DNA from: an uncultured Actinomycetes bacterium
GTDB lineage: Bacteria > Actinomycetota > Coriobacteriia > Anaerosomatales > CAVRZR01
Length of the DNA stretch: 64,000 nt
Direction: 5' to 3'
NCBI GenBank assembly: GCA_963725795.1
Contig: CAVRZR010000003.1
Span: forward strand, 387,359-451,358
Below, piece after piece: positions 9,238 through 20,270 of this stretch; position 1 is the stretch's first letter; each line of letters starts with the position of its first letter. The translations under genes and the position numbers were made by a program. The notes under the pieces were generated by a model. The model saw only the letters and a list, made by a program, of their open reading frames with translations, searched no databases and had not been told where the DNA came from.

Positions 9238-11417
9238 ATGGCTATCAAAGAAGTCGACCCGATCTCACGAATCGAAGGTCACCTCGGCGTCAATGCGACG
9301 TCGAACGCGAGTCGACTACATCACCGAGGCCGACGTCCACGGCAACCTGTGGCGCGGCTTCGAGAACTTCCTGCTCGGCCGCGAGCCCAACGACGCGATC
9401 ACGTTCACGCAGCGCATCTGCGGTGTGTGCCCGGTGCCGCACGGTCAGACCTCGACGTACGCGGTCGAGGCTGCTCTCGGCTACAACGACAACTTCCAGA
9501 CTTAGGTCGGTCAGGGGCAACTACAGCCTGATGGGCCGGTCGTGCGAACGCCGTGACCGGTGGAGCCTCACCGACGATCGGCACGTCGGTCGGCAACGGG
9601 CATTCCGCTCAAGGCCGTCTACATCCGCAACCTGATCCTGTCGGCCGAGTTCCTGATGTCGAGCATCACGCACCAGTACCACCTGGCTGCGCCGAGCTAC
9701 ATCCAGGGACCGAACATCCCGCCGTGGACGCCGTACTTCACGAACAGCTACTACCACCCGCTGCTTCTGGCGACCGATCACGGCATCAACGCCGCGACGA
9801 CCAACGCGAACCAGCGCTGCCCAGCACGGGCTCGACGGCGCTACCGCTGCGCTCAACAGCCGGCTTCTCGGCGGACCTGTGGTCGGCCGTCATCAAGTCG
9901 TACGTGCACGCGCTGCGCATCCGTCGCCTCACCTTCGAGGCCGGCGCCATGTTCGCAGGACGCATGCCGATGACGTCGTCGTTCGTCGCCGGTGGCGTCA
10001 CCACCAGGAAGCAACGAGAACCTCTCGACGTCAAGTGCACGAAGTTCCGCAACCTCATCGCCGAGGTCGGCGACGTTCATCGTCCGGGAGTACGTACCGA
10101 TCTTCCTCGCGCTGGGTGCTCTGTATCCGAACTTCGACAACTTGGCGAATGCCACTCGCTCGCGGCGTCAACGTCACCATCAAGGACGCAGCGGTCGCCG
10201 GGGGCGTGGCGACGCCGGTCAACCTTTGGAGCGTCGGTAACAAGAGCGGCGATCCGCTGTCCGCAACCAGCACCGGATGGGGCGCAGGCCTCGGCAACTT
10301 CCTGTCGTGGGGCGGTTTCCCGCAGCCCAACGGTACCTGGGCATGACGCGCGGATACAAGATCGGTGATGGTGCGTTCACGACGATCAACGACACCACGG
10401 ACGTTCCCGCAAACTTACGGGAAGTCATCACCTACAGCCGCTACCAGAACCTTGGCGGCTACGTGGCCGGCACCGACAGCGCCTTCCCGGGCAATGTCTC
10501 TCGCACGATTCCGGAGCGAAACGACACCACGAAGTACTCGTGGATGAAGGCACCGCGCTACACCCAACGGCGTGCGAGGTCGGTCCGCTGGCCCGCATGG
10601 TCGTCGAGGGCTACGTGGTTCCGGCTCGACGCTTGCGTCGACTGTTCCGGGCTTCGGCGCCTACACGGTCGCCGCGGCGGCACCGAAGCCATGACCGGTC
10701 TCGACCCGGAGATGATCGGCCCGACATCGCCGTCGCGCTCGTGCGCGCCGGTCTTGCGACGCTGCACACATCGCTGACGGTGGGGCCACCGTGACAGTTG
10801 TCGACTACACCAATATCAACACGCTGACCAAGGCGGAGATCGTGGCTGGCTACACGTTCTACAACGCCGCTGGCGTCGGCGACTCGACATGCGCACATCC
10901 AGGGCGTCTCGGGAATCTGGGCACATGCGGAAGGGTGGCCTGTCGACGATGGACCGCCTGCGCGCTCGCGCGCTCGAGTCACTGGTGCTTGTTCAGAGCA
11001 TGATCGGCGCCGTCTCCAAGACCGCGACCGGTGTCAGTTTCCCGCTCTGGGTGGCTGGGTCGGCGAGCTCGCGGCTGCCGGTGGCGTACCTACACCAACA
11101 TCCTACCCGGTCACCACGACCTCGGATGGGGTGCCACGGAGGCACCTCGAGGCGCACTCATGCACGTCTGCACCCAGAGCCGGCAAGATCACCAAGTACC
11201 AGTGCGTCGTTCCCACGACGTGGAACGGTTCTCCCAAGGGCCGACCACCGGTGATCGCGGCGCGATCGAAGGCGGCCATCGACGGCGCCAAGTACGCCCC
11301 GACGAACCACGCCTTCACGGGTGGCGGTGGCAGCAATGCTTGAGCGCAGGTGGTGGCGTCGAAGCCTTGCGTGTTGCCCAGTCATTTGACCCGTGCATCG
11401 CATGCGCGGTTCACTAG
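9238..11417 (+). pseudogene. [NiFe] hydrogenase large subunit (frame-disrupted as assembled)
   Basis: RBS AAGGAAGGAGGG, ATG 9238. MAIKEVDPISRIEGHLGV; RICGVCPVPHGQTS (RxCGxCxxxH); GWGATEAPRGALMH; YQCVVPTTWNGSPKG; SFDPCIACAVH followed directly by TAG 11415-11417. About 726 codons. At least 8 frame changes. Confidence 0.85.
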
Positions 11418-11443
11418 AAACCGAAGAACAGGAGGTGAACAGG

Positions 11444-12793
11444 ATGAAGAAGCTAAGCTTTGTGATCGTACTCGCATTCGCGCTCGTCCTGCTCTTCGGT
11501 GGAGCAGCCTACGCGAACTTCGGCCCGCACGGCGGGTTTGCAACCGACACTGATTCATGCGCCGGTTGTCACCGTGCACACACGTCGTTCTCGAGTGTGA
11601 CGTGGAACGATGGCGACAATGACCATAGCGCGCTGCTCGTCTCGTCGGCGACGACGATTCTCGAGTTTTGCTACGCGTGCCACGGTGACGACGCTCCTGG
11701 CGCTGCGACCAACGTCGAGTCTGGCATCTTCAATCCCGGCCCAACGTCGGCGTAGGCTCGCCGGCAGGTTCGTACGCGTATGCGTCAGACTCTGCGTTCG
11801 GCGCTCCGCTCAACGGCGGCGGTTTCGCTGAGGCTGGATACACGGTCGAGACTCCGACACCGTGACCTTCGGCCCGTCACGTCCATGCACGATATGGATA
11901 CGGGCACTGCGACGGACCCGATGTGGGGCGACGGCTCGTCGGCTCCGCCGGCACGAACCTCACCTGCACGAGCTGCCACGACGTCCACGGTTCGTCGAAC
12001 TACCGACTCCTGAAGGACTTCGTGAACGGCAACCCCGTCGGTGGCTATGTCGGTACCGACGGCGAAACCCCGAACCCGGTCGTCAGGTCGACCGAGACGA
12101 ACTACCCGGTCGTCGGCTGGCTGAAGCATCACGCCGGCTCTGTGCAGATGAGCTCTTATCTGCCGAACTACACGTCGGAGCAACAAGTACAACGGCATCG
12201 CTCCTCGAACGACCCCGTAGGCGGCGACATCGCGTTTGCTGGTACGCACCTTTCAATCTCCACCTGGTGCGCTGCGTGTCACGAGGAGTATGACGATCAT
12301 GGCGCAGCCGTCGGCAGCACCGAGTTCTACGACTACGGTGACTACGAGAAGGGCAGCATCACAGGGATCGGCGGCGGTAACATGACCACGCCGAACTCAG
12401 TGACGGCGACCGGCACCGACTCTATCGGCAACCGCGCCCGTCATCGCCACCCGGTCAACATCTCGTTGGCTGCTGGTGTCGGTCCGGACCGTGCCCTGCA
12501 GCAGGAGGTCATCACGAGCGACGTTCTGCCGCTCGAGGATGGTCCTGACGCCGATGACGGTCCGTGGACGACGCACGACTACATGGGCTGCCTCACCTGC
12601 CATCGTGCACACGGTACCGCGTCGACCATGACCGGTTGGGCAGAGGCCCGCTACATCACGAACGCTTCTGCGGTCGTGACCTGGCTGCCTGGAGATCGCG
12701 CAGCCCGCCCAGAGTGGCGTGAACCCGAACTTCACCAGCGCCCTCCTGCGTACCAACAACCGCGGCGTGTGCGAACGCTGCCACAACAAGTAG
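11444..12793 (+). pseudogene. secreted hexaheme c-type cytochrome, paralog B, directly downstream of hydrogenase (frame-disrupted as assembled)
   Basis: RBS GGAGG, ATG 11444. Signal peptide MKKLSFVIVLAFALVLLFGGAAYA. CAGCH, CYACH, CTSCH, CAACH, CLTCH, CERCH. Ends RGVCERCHNK-TAG 12791-12793. At least 3 frame changes. Confidence 0.8.
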
Positions 12794-12842
12794 ACTGCGG
12801 GGTCAGGCCTGCAGCCCGCCCTTCATCCAGTCTGCTTGACGG

Positions 12843-12870
12843 CGAGGCCCCGGAGCGATCCGGGGCCTCG
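12843..12870 (+). terminator. stem-loop terminator after the hydrogenase-cytochrome operon
   Basis: CGAGGCCCCGG-AGCGAT-CCGGGGCCTCG (11-bp stem). A perfect TATAAT follows at 12906-12911. Confidence 0.55.
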
Positions 12871-12997
12871 CTCGGTATCTGAGTGCGCACGCGCAATTTG
12901 GTAAATATAATCTCTGGTGCGGCGTTCGGAATGGATCCACCGCTCATGCCCACGCTAGATGCGTCTCCAACCCGCACGTTAAGAGAAGAGAGCGACT

Positions 12998-14416
12998 GTG
13001 ACTGTCTCGTCCGAGATTGAACCTTCGGCAAGTGGCTATGGGGCCTGGGCCTCATCGGGAATCCATTCGAGCCTCATGAACCCTTTGAGGAGTACGACGA
13101 CCCGGGCGTCAAGCTCATCGCGCATGCGGCCGCGAACACGTTCCTCTGCGTCGTGGACCGGATCGCAGACGAAGCCGAGCCGGCTCCGATCTGGATCGAG
13201 AAGGCAGGCGATCTGCCGGCGGCGTACTATCTGGCTCCGCTTGCCGAATCGTTGGGCGTCCTCGGCTCCAACAGCGCAGCTCACGACATCATCCCGGCTT
13301 ACGTTCCGCTCGACACGATGCGCATGGGGCGCGTTCGGGCGGCGCTGTCGGCTGTTGCCGAGCGCATCGCGGGCGTGGACGTCGATCTTACCCTCGCCAT
13401 CTGGCTCGGCAAGACGCTCGAGAATGCTGACGACAGCCTCGAGGAATACGCCGCAATCTCCGAAAGCGACCTGGACGGGCTGATACAAGGCCCTGCGGTC
13501 GGATCCGAAAGGCACGATGGAGCGCTACCTGGGCGCGTGCGAGGAAGAGCGAGAGGGCCTCAACGACATCGATATGCTCATGCGTATCTCGACGGCCCGA
13601 ATCGAAGCCCTGGACGCCGACCCGGAGGAGACTGCTGAGGCGAAGACGACCGAAGCGCCCGACGATCAAATGTCAGAAGTCTTCACCCAATCGCTCGCTC
13701 CTGTGCCGGAAGCGGATGCGGAGGGCAACGGTCAGCAGCCGGAGGAATCGGAACCGGACGACGATCTCCCGCGACGGGACGCCCTGGTCGCCTACTTCGT
13801 CGCGCATGTTACGAAGCACCTTTCTCCCGTGATCGCGCGCGCGATACGTGCCTATCGGGCGCAGGGGATCACATCGATGACCGAAGAGCTGAAGGTCACC
13901 AAAGCCCCAACGAAGACACTGGCCGCGCTCGTTCGCTTCGCGACGTGCCGCTACCGCAAGGTCGTCATACTGTTCGATCGCTTCGAGATGTGGCCGGCGA
14001 TCCCGCAGGATCTGCAGCTGAAGATGCTCGGCACCTTCTCGCAGCTGCGGTGGGCGTTGAGAGACGGTGGTCTGCTCGCATTCGTGGTCAAATCCGGCGA
14101 AGTCCGGGAGCTGGACGAGCAGTTCGGCAATGCAACACGGGTGGTATGGGATATGCCGGGGCTCGCCGAACTTGAGGGCAATGCGCCCCCATATGATCCT
14201 GGCTTCGCGCAGGCGTGGGTGGACGCCGCGACGCTGGCCGGTCGCGAGCCGATCGACATGTCCGCCGATCCGGTCACCAGAGTGATCGCCGGCTCAGACG
14301 GGTCCCTCAGGTCTGCGGCGATCCTTCTTGCGGCTGCAGTCGACGACGCTGCGAGGCGTGGGGCCTCCACCATCGACGCCGCTGCTGCCGAGGCCGCGCT
14401 CACGACCGGGGAGTAG
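12998..14416 (+). pseudogene. hypothetical cytoplasmic protein, degenerate AAA+/ORC-Cdc6-like (two frame changes as assembled)
   Basis: RBS AAGAGAAGAGAG, GTG 12998. GNPFEPHEPFEE near the N-terminus. No GxxxxGK(S/T) motif. Acidic low-complexity insert (EADAEGNGQQPEESEPDDD). VVILFDRFE Walker-B-like strand. C-terminal helix bundle GSLRSAAILLAAAVDDAARRGASTID reminiscent of an AAA+ lid. Confidence 0.3.
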
Positions 14417-14611
14417 CCGCTACGCGGGGGGGAGACCCCCTCGGCGGTCTCCGCTAGCCGCAGAAACCGGACGCCACCTCTTGGTCGGAGGCTGGGTGAC
14501 GCCCGCTTGAGACAACTGGCACATGGCGTGCTGAACTTGTGCCTGTTGCACCTACCACGATGCCGCGACCAGGCGTCGGCTCTTCCCAGCTCGCTGAAGG
14601 CTCAAGGAGTC

Positions 14612-15468
14612 ATGCCAAAGGGACCAGATACGTCGAACGAGCCGATTGCCCGATCCGACCGCCGGACACTGCTGTGGACGGTCGGGTCTATCGTCGCGCT
14701 CGCCCTGGTCATTTACGGCACGGCTGCTATCTCCGCGCCACGGGGCTCCGACACCCTCAAGGATCGTGCGTCGGTCGAGACCCCTTCCGATGGCGCAACC
14801 GCTACGAGCGCGTCGCTCTACGATCAGGCACTCCAGGCAGAGCGCGGCTGGAGACACGACGCGCGCTGCCGAACTGGCGCACCAGGCCACTGAGGCTGAT
14901 CCGGGGAACACCCGGGCCCTTCAGCTGAGTGTGAGATTGGCTTCAGCGCCCAGTGGCGAGAAAGGCGGCACCCAGCCGGTCGCAACATCACCCGAGCAGC
15001 CTGCGAAGACACCTGGATCGACAGCAGGCCCCCACGTCGAGCTCGGCGCCATCGCAACCGCGCGTCGCTAAGATCACTTCGTTGTTGCCGGTGTCGGTCG
15101 CCGGCTACTGGCTCGGCACGGTTCAGGCGGATTCGGAGGACGCAGTCCTGTCGGCGGAGCCGGACGTGGGCTCGGTTCCTTCACGCACGGTCGTTCGAGC
15201 GCTTCTGTGTGTTCACGACCGCAAGAGCGATGCAGCTGCGCTCGAGTGGGTCGACAAGATGAGCAGACGCGTATACGCGAAGGGCCTGAGCGACGTTTCC
15301 GTTGCCGGCTCTCCGGCGGTCTTCGGCACTGATGGCACTCGCCTTGCGTGGTGTGCGTACGCAAGTGGTCCCTACGTCTTCGAAGTTGTCGTCACGGCTT
15401 CGGCGAGCCCTGTCGCGGCGAAGCAAGTCACCCTCAAGCTCGCCGAGGCATTTCGTACGAAACGCTGA
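14612..15468 (+). pseudogene. membrane-anchored hypothetical protein, paralogous C-terminal domain to the 3650-4627 product (frame-disrupted)
   Basis: RBS AAGGAG, ATG 14612. TM helix LLWTVGSIVALALVIYGTAAI. TPR-like helix pair. C-terminal domain ...DRKSDAAALEWVDKMSRRVYAKG...FGTDGTRLAWCAYASGPYVFEVVV. Read through frames 2/3/1. Confidence 0.45.
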
Positions 15469-15483
15469 CAGGAGGCACTCCAC

Positions 15484-16807
15484 GTGAAAGCTCGACGCCT
15501 GCTACCCCTCCTCGCTCTTGCCCTTGCGTTGTCCGCTCTCGTACCTGTGGTTGCGGCGGCTGACGGCCCGAGCGCGCCTTCCCTGAGTCCCAAGACGATC
15601 CTGACCGAGGGCTTTGAGCAGCCGAGAGTCCCTCGTCGCCCCACTACCCGTTGAGCAGTCTAAGCTCGATCTACTTCGTCCCGGTACTGCGTGGTGGGGT
15701 CGAATTACCGCTGCAGGTTCCTACCGCACCGGTGCTTACGGTCTGTGGTGCGCCGGGGCACGAAGGGGACGTGGCCGACGTACCCCGTGAGACTCTGCCG
15801 GCTACGCCATCTTCACGGTCGACACCGCACAGTACTACTCTGCGTACGCGGACTTCTGGTACCGCATGCCGTCGCGCGGAGCAGCGGATCAGAACTCGTT
15901 CAGAATCGACTGGCTTGCCGACGTACCGGCGCGCAGAACCGGTACGTCCAAGACTTCGCCAAGACGAGCTCTTGGAGCCACCGCGTCATCGACGTCACGC
16001 CCACGTTGCTTTCGAGCAGCGAAGGACGGGAACCTGTCTCGCACGAACGGCATCGTTCGAATCCGTTGGAACGACTCCGCCGAGGGCGGTGCCCAATCAC
16101 CGATGACCGGCGCGGGACCGTGCGTAGACGACTTCGCGATCACAGGCTGGAAGTACGGACCCGTTCGGGACTTGGCGTGGACAGTGAGTCCCGCCTCCGT
16201 GACGCTCACGTGGAAGCGACCGTACCGGACAACCGCGAACACCGTTCTCGAGGATCGAACCATCGGCTATCGGGTCTTCCGTGCGGTGAGAGGGACGTCG
16301 ACCTGGACACAGGTGACGCCCTCGCTTCTGCAGAATGCCGGAGCGGCACTGACGTATACGGACAACTCTGTCTCGGCCGGGGTGCTCTACACATACGCGG
16401 TCCAGACATTCGACGCAGCAGGCGGGTACGGCATGCCCAAGCTGCTCGGACAGGCCCCGGCGACGCCTGCGCGCGTGAAGGCGTCGCTAAGCGCGCCGAA
16501 TCCCTCGGCGAGCAGGATGACGCGCAACCGATACTACTCGGCCTACGGTTTCCTCAAGCCTCGGCATACCGCTGGGACCTACCCGGTTCGCATCTATGCA
16601 TATCGCTGGGAGAAGTACCACGGCAAGTACCAGTGGAGATCGAAGGTCAGCTTCTCGGCTCGCGCCTACAACTACTCCACCTACACGATGTACAAGGGCA
16701 ACGTCCGCCTGACGGTCGCTGGTACGTGGAAGGTGCGCGCCTACCACACCGACTCGGGGCACCTCCCGACGTGGAGTGCCTACTCTCGCAACCTCTACGT
16801 GAAATAG
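15484..16807 (+). pseudogene. secreted protein with jelly-roll-like N-domain, fibronectin-III domain and C-terminal beta-domain (frame-disrupted in the 5' third)
   Basis: RBS CAGGAGG, GTG 15484. Signal peptide VKARRLLPLLALALALSALVPVVAAA. FN3-like segment VRDLAWTVSPASVTLTWKRP...YRVFRAV...YTDNSVSAGVLYTYAVQTFDAAG. Intact from about 16100 to TAG 16807. Confidence 0.5.
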
Positions 16808-17314
16808 CCCCGTTCGGCGCATCGAGCGACGATTCGACAAGCGTCGCATTCTGCCAGGAATGCGGGTTCGGCACGAAGCGCGGGCGCCCGGATTGCCTGA
16901 CTCCACGTGAGCTTGAGCGCAAACCACTTCTTCCACTATCGGTTTCTGCTGCTCAGCCCGTATAATCGATTCCAAATGCCCGCCGATTTGGCAACGCGGG
17001 CGGAAAGACGGCCGACCGAGTCTGCCGCCGGTCGATTGTGTGCTGCACGCCGCATCCGGCTGAAGGGCCCACGTGGAAGATAGCAACGCCCAAAGAACCT
17101 GCCTGGGGTCGACGGTGTTCGTGCAGCCCAGCCAGCCCTCGCGCGCTCGGACGGGTCGATGAGTAGACACGGGCGACATTCTCGTGCGTCGGGCGCTTCC
17201 CGGCTTCGGGTGTATGCGCGCGCTCACTCGCTTGCGCTCGTTGGAGCGGCCGTCATCGTGGCGCTGGCCATGGTGGTCATCGGCGCGATCGTGAGCGCTT
17301 CGGCGGCCGACACG

Positions 17315-20270
17315 CACGAGATCACGGCCTCTGCCGGCGCGGGAGGAACGATCTCGCCCTCAGGCGCCGTGACCGTCCCCGATGGGTCGACGGAGACCTT
17401 CACCATCACGCCAGCCAAGGGATACGTCGTAGCCGATGTGGTCGTCGACGGGGGCAGTCAGGGCGGCCTGCTTAGCTACGCATTTAGCAACGTCACTGCC
17501 GCGCACACGATTTCAGCGACGTTTGCGGTGGCCTCGGCAACCGGCGGCACCGTTACGGAGATTCTGGGCTATCGGATCCACCGGTTCACGACGACCGGTA
17601 CGTTCACGCCGAACGGTGCGGGCCTGATAGACGCCCTCGTCGTCGGAGGTGGAGGCGCAGGCGGCAGTGTTTCCGCGGTGGCGAACTACTACGCCGGCGG
17701 CGGCGGAGGAGGCGGGTTCCGCACTCAGACAGACGTGAGCCGTCGACTCCGCAACAAGCGTTGTCGTTGGCAGCGGGGGCATCGCCGCAGCCGGCGCGCC
17801 GGGCGGCTATGGAAGCTCTTCGGCATTCGGCTCGATCGTCGCGACAGGTGGCGGTGGTGGCGGTGCCGCGACCGGCTCCACGACAGTGTACGCCGGCCTC
17901 AGCGGAGGCTCGGGCGGCGGAGGAGCACGATTCGGGACGTCATACGGACCGGGCGGTCTCGGCGCGCTCGGGGAAGGCTCGGACGGAGCGGCAGCAGCGG
18001 CGAACCGAGGCGGCGGTGGTGGCGGTGCGAGCGCGGCCGCGACCACGCAGAATGGTGGCGCCGGGCAGTCAAGCACGTTCTCGGGCGCGACCGTTCGCTA
18101 CGCCGGTGGTGGCGGAGCAGGCGGGCTCACCGCCGGTACGGGCGCTGACGGCGGCGGCAACGGCGCGAGCACGGCGAACGGATCGCCGGGCGCCGTCAAC
18201 ACCGGTGGCGGCGGCGGTGGCGCCGGCACCGGCGGCGCCACGCCGAGAACCGGGGGCAACGGCGGCAGCGGCGTCGTGATCGTCCGCTATGCGATTCCCA
18301 CGTACGTAGTGACAGCCACAGCCGGAGTCGGCGGGACGATCTCTCCGAGCGGTGTGACGACTGTGAACGTCGGCGCGAATCAGTCCTACACGGTCGCAGC
18401 CAATAGCGGCTACTGCATCGTCGACGTGAAGGTCGACGGTGCGAGCCAGGGTCCCGTCTCGGGATACACCTTCAGCAACATCGCGGCGGATCACACGATC
18501 GCCGCCACCTTCGCGACCTTCCCGGCCACGGGTGGCAGCTCGCCCGTGCAGGATGGCACGCACGTCGTCCAGACGTTCACCTCCAGCGACGTGTTCACTC
18601 CGGTGGCGCCCCTGACGGCCGATGTCCTCGTTGTCGGAGGAGGAGGCGCGGGCGGAGGCAACTCAGCTAACGCAGGCTTCTACGGCGGAGGTGGGGGCGC
18701 CGGAGGATTCCGGGCTGCCACAGACGTCGAGGTGAGCGCGTCTGCGACAGTCACCGTCGGTCCGGGAGGTCTCGGCGCTTCGGCGGCGCGGGGCGGCTCG
18801 GGTGGCGCATCTTCGTTCGCGACGATCACCGCCGTGGGTGGCGGTGGCGGAGGCGCGGGCTCGGCGACGAATGCCGACGGTCTCGGCGGCGGGTCTGGAG
18901 GCGGCGGTGGCCACTACACCGCTAACGGCTCCGGCTGGTGCGGGGACATCCGCTGAAGGGAATGCGGGAGCAGCTGCCGCGTCCGGCCCCGATCGGGGCG
19001 GCGGTGGTGGCGGAGCGGGATTGGCGGCCACGTCGCAGAACGGCGGGGCGGGCCAATCCAGCAGCATTTCGGGCGCGAGCGTCACCTACGCCGGCGGCGG
19101 AGGTGCTGGCGCAGCGACTCCTGGGACCGGGGCAGCTGGCGGTGGCAACGGCAGCGGTGCAGGCAACGGATCCGCCGCTACCCCGAATTCGGGAAGTGGC
19201 GGCGGTGGCAGCGGCACGGGCAACGCCAATGCGCGCTCAGGCGGGAATGGCGGGAGCGGTATCGTGATCGTTCGCTACCAGCTGCCGTCCACGACCCACA
19301 CGATCGCCGCCTCTGCGGGCGCCGGTGGATCCATCTCGCCGAACGGGGTGGCTACGGTCTTCGCGGGCGGCAGCCAGACATATTCGATCACACCCAACAG
19401 CGGCTACTACATATTCGATGTCGAGGTCGACGGCGTGAGCCAGGGATCCGTTGTGGCTTACACCTTCTCGAATGTGACTTCGGACCACACGATCACGGCG
19501 ACCTTCGCCGCGCTACCAGCGAGCGGTGGTGGCACTATCACGCGCGACGGCGACTTTGTTGTGCATACGTTCACGAGTGGCGGCACCTTCGCGCCCGTCG
19601 TACCGGTCAATGCCGAAGTCCTGGTGGTCGCCGGAGGCGGCGGCGGCGGACGTCAGCCAGGCACCAACGGCAGGTTCGCCGGCGGCGGCGGCGCTGGCGG
19701 AGTGACGACCGCAACAGTTGCTGTTGCGTCGCCGGCCACCGTAGTTGTTGGTACTGGCGGGATAGGACCTGGCAACGTCAACCCGGGGTCTGACGGCGGC
19801 GCCTCTTCATTCGGCGCGGTCACTGCCGTGGGCGGAGGCGGCGGCGGGTCCCTGGCGGGGCGAAGCGGCGGATCCGGCGGCGGCGGTGGATGTACTTCTG
19901 CGGCCCAGGGCGTGGGCGGATCCGGCACGGCGGGGCAGGGCTTCGCGGGCGGATCCGGACTGACGAACACGGCCGCCGGTGGCGGCGGTGGCGCAGGAGG
20001 CATCGGCGCGGGAGGTGCGGTCGGCGGGCAGGGCGGCGTTGGCGGGAGCGGCACGCCGAGTTCCATCTCCGGCTCGCTGCTCTACTACGCGGGTGGAGGC
20101 GGCGGCGGCGGTGCGTCCGCCGGTGCCGGGGGAACCGGCGGCGGCGGGGCGGGAGGTGCCGGAGCATCAGCAGGAGCCAACGCGACCTTCTATGGCGGCG
20201 GCGGTGGCGGCGGCTCTCTCGGTGGCAGCGGCTACAGCGGCGTCGTTGTCGTCCGCTACGAGATCCCCAG
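17315..20270 (+). repeat. three tandem ~1-kb coding modules, each [InlB-B-repeat-like beta domain + ~230-aa glycine-rich domain]
   Basis: Module starts at about 17315, 18300 and 19294. B-repeat consensus: H(T/E)I(T/A)ASAGAGG(T/S)ISP(S/N)G...G(Y)...DV.VDG.SQG....YTFSNV...HTI.ATFA. Gly-rich consensus: TGG......H.FTS.G.F.P.....D/EVLVVGGGGAGG...GGNGGSG(V/I)VIVRY.(I/L)P. Confidence 0.7.

Noticed and set aside
11380-11417. Possibility that the hydrogenase is a [NiFeSe] enzyme, given the Sec candidate elsewhere
   Set aside because: The C-terminal motif reads DPCIACAVH with TGC at the position that is TGA in [NiFeSe] enzymes. No in-frame TGA was seen near the conserved Cys motifs.
17640-20230. Long GGC/GGT-rich tracts that could be taken for tandem DNA repeats, a CRISPR-like array or PE-PGRS-type sequence
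   Set aside because: There is no constant-length direct repeat with spacers. The tracts translate into three diverged copies of a structured glycine-rich protein domain inside one large ORF.
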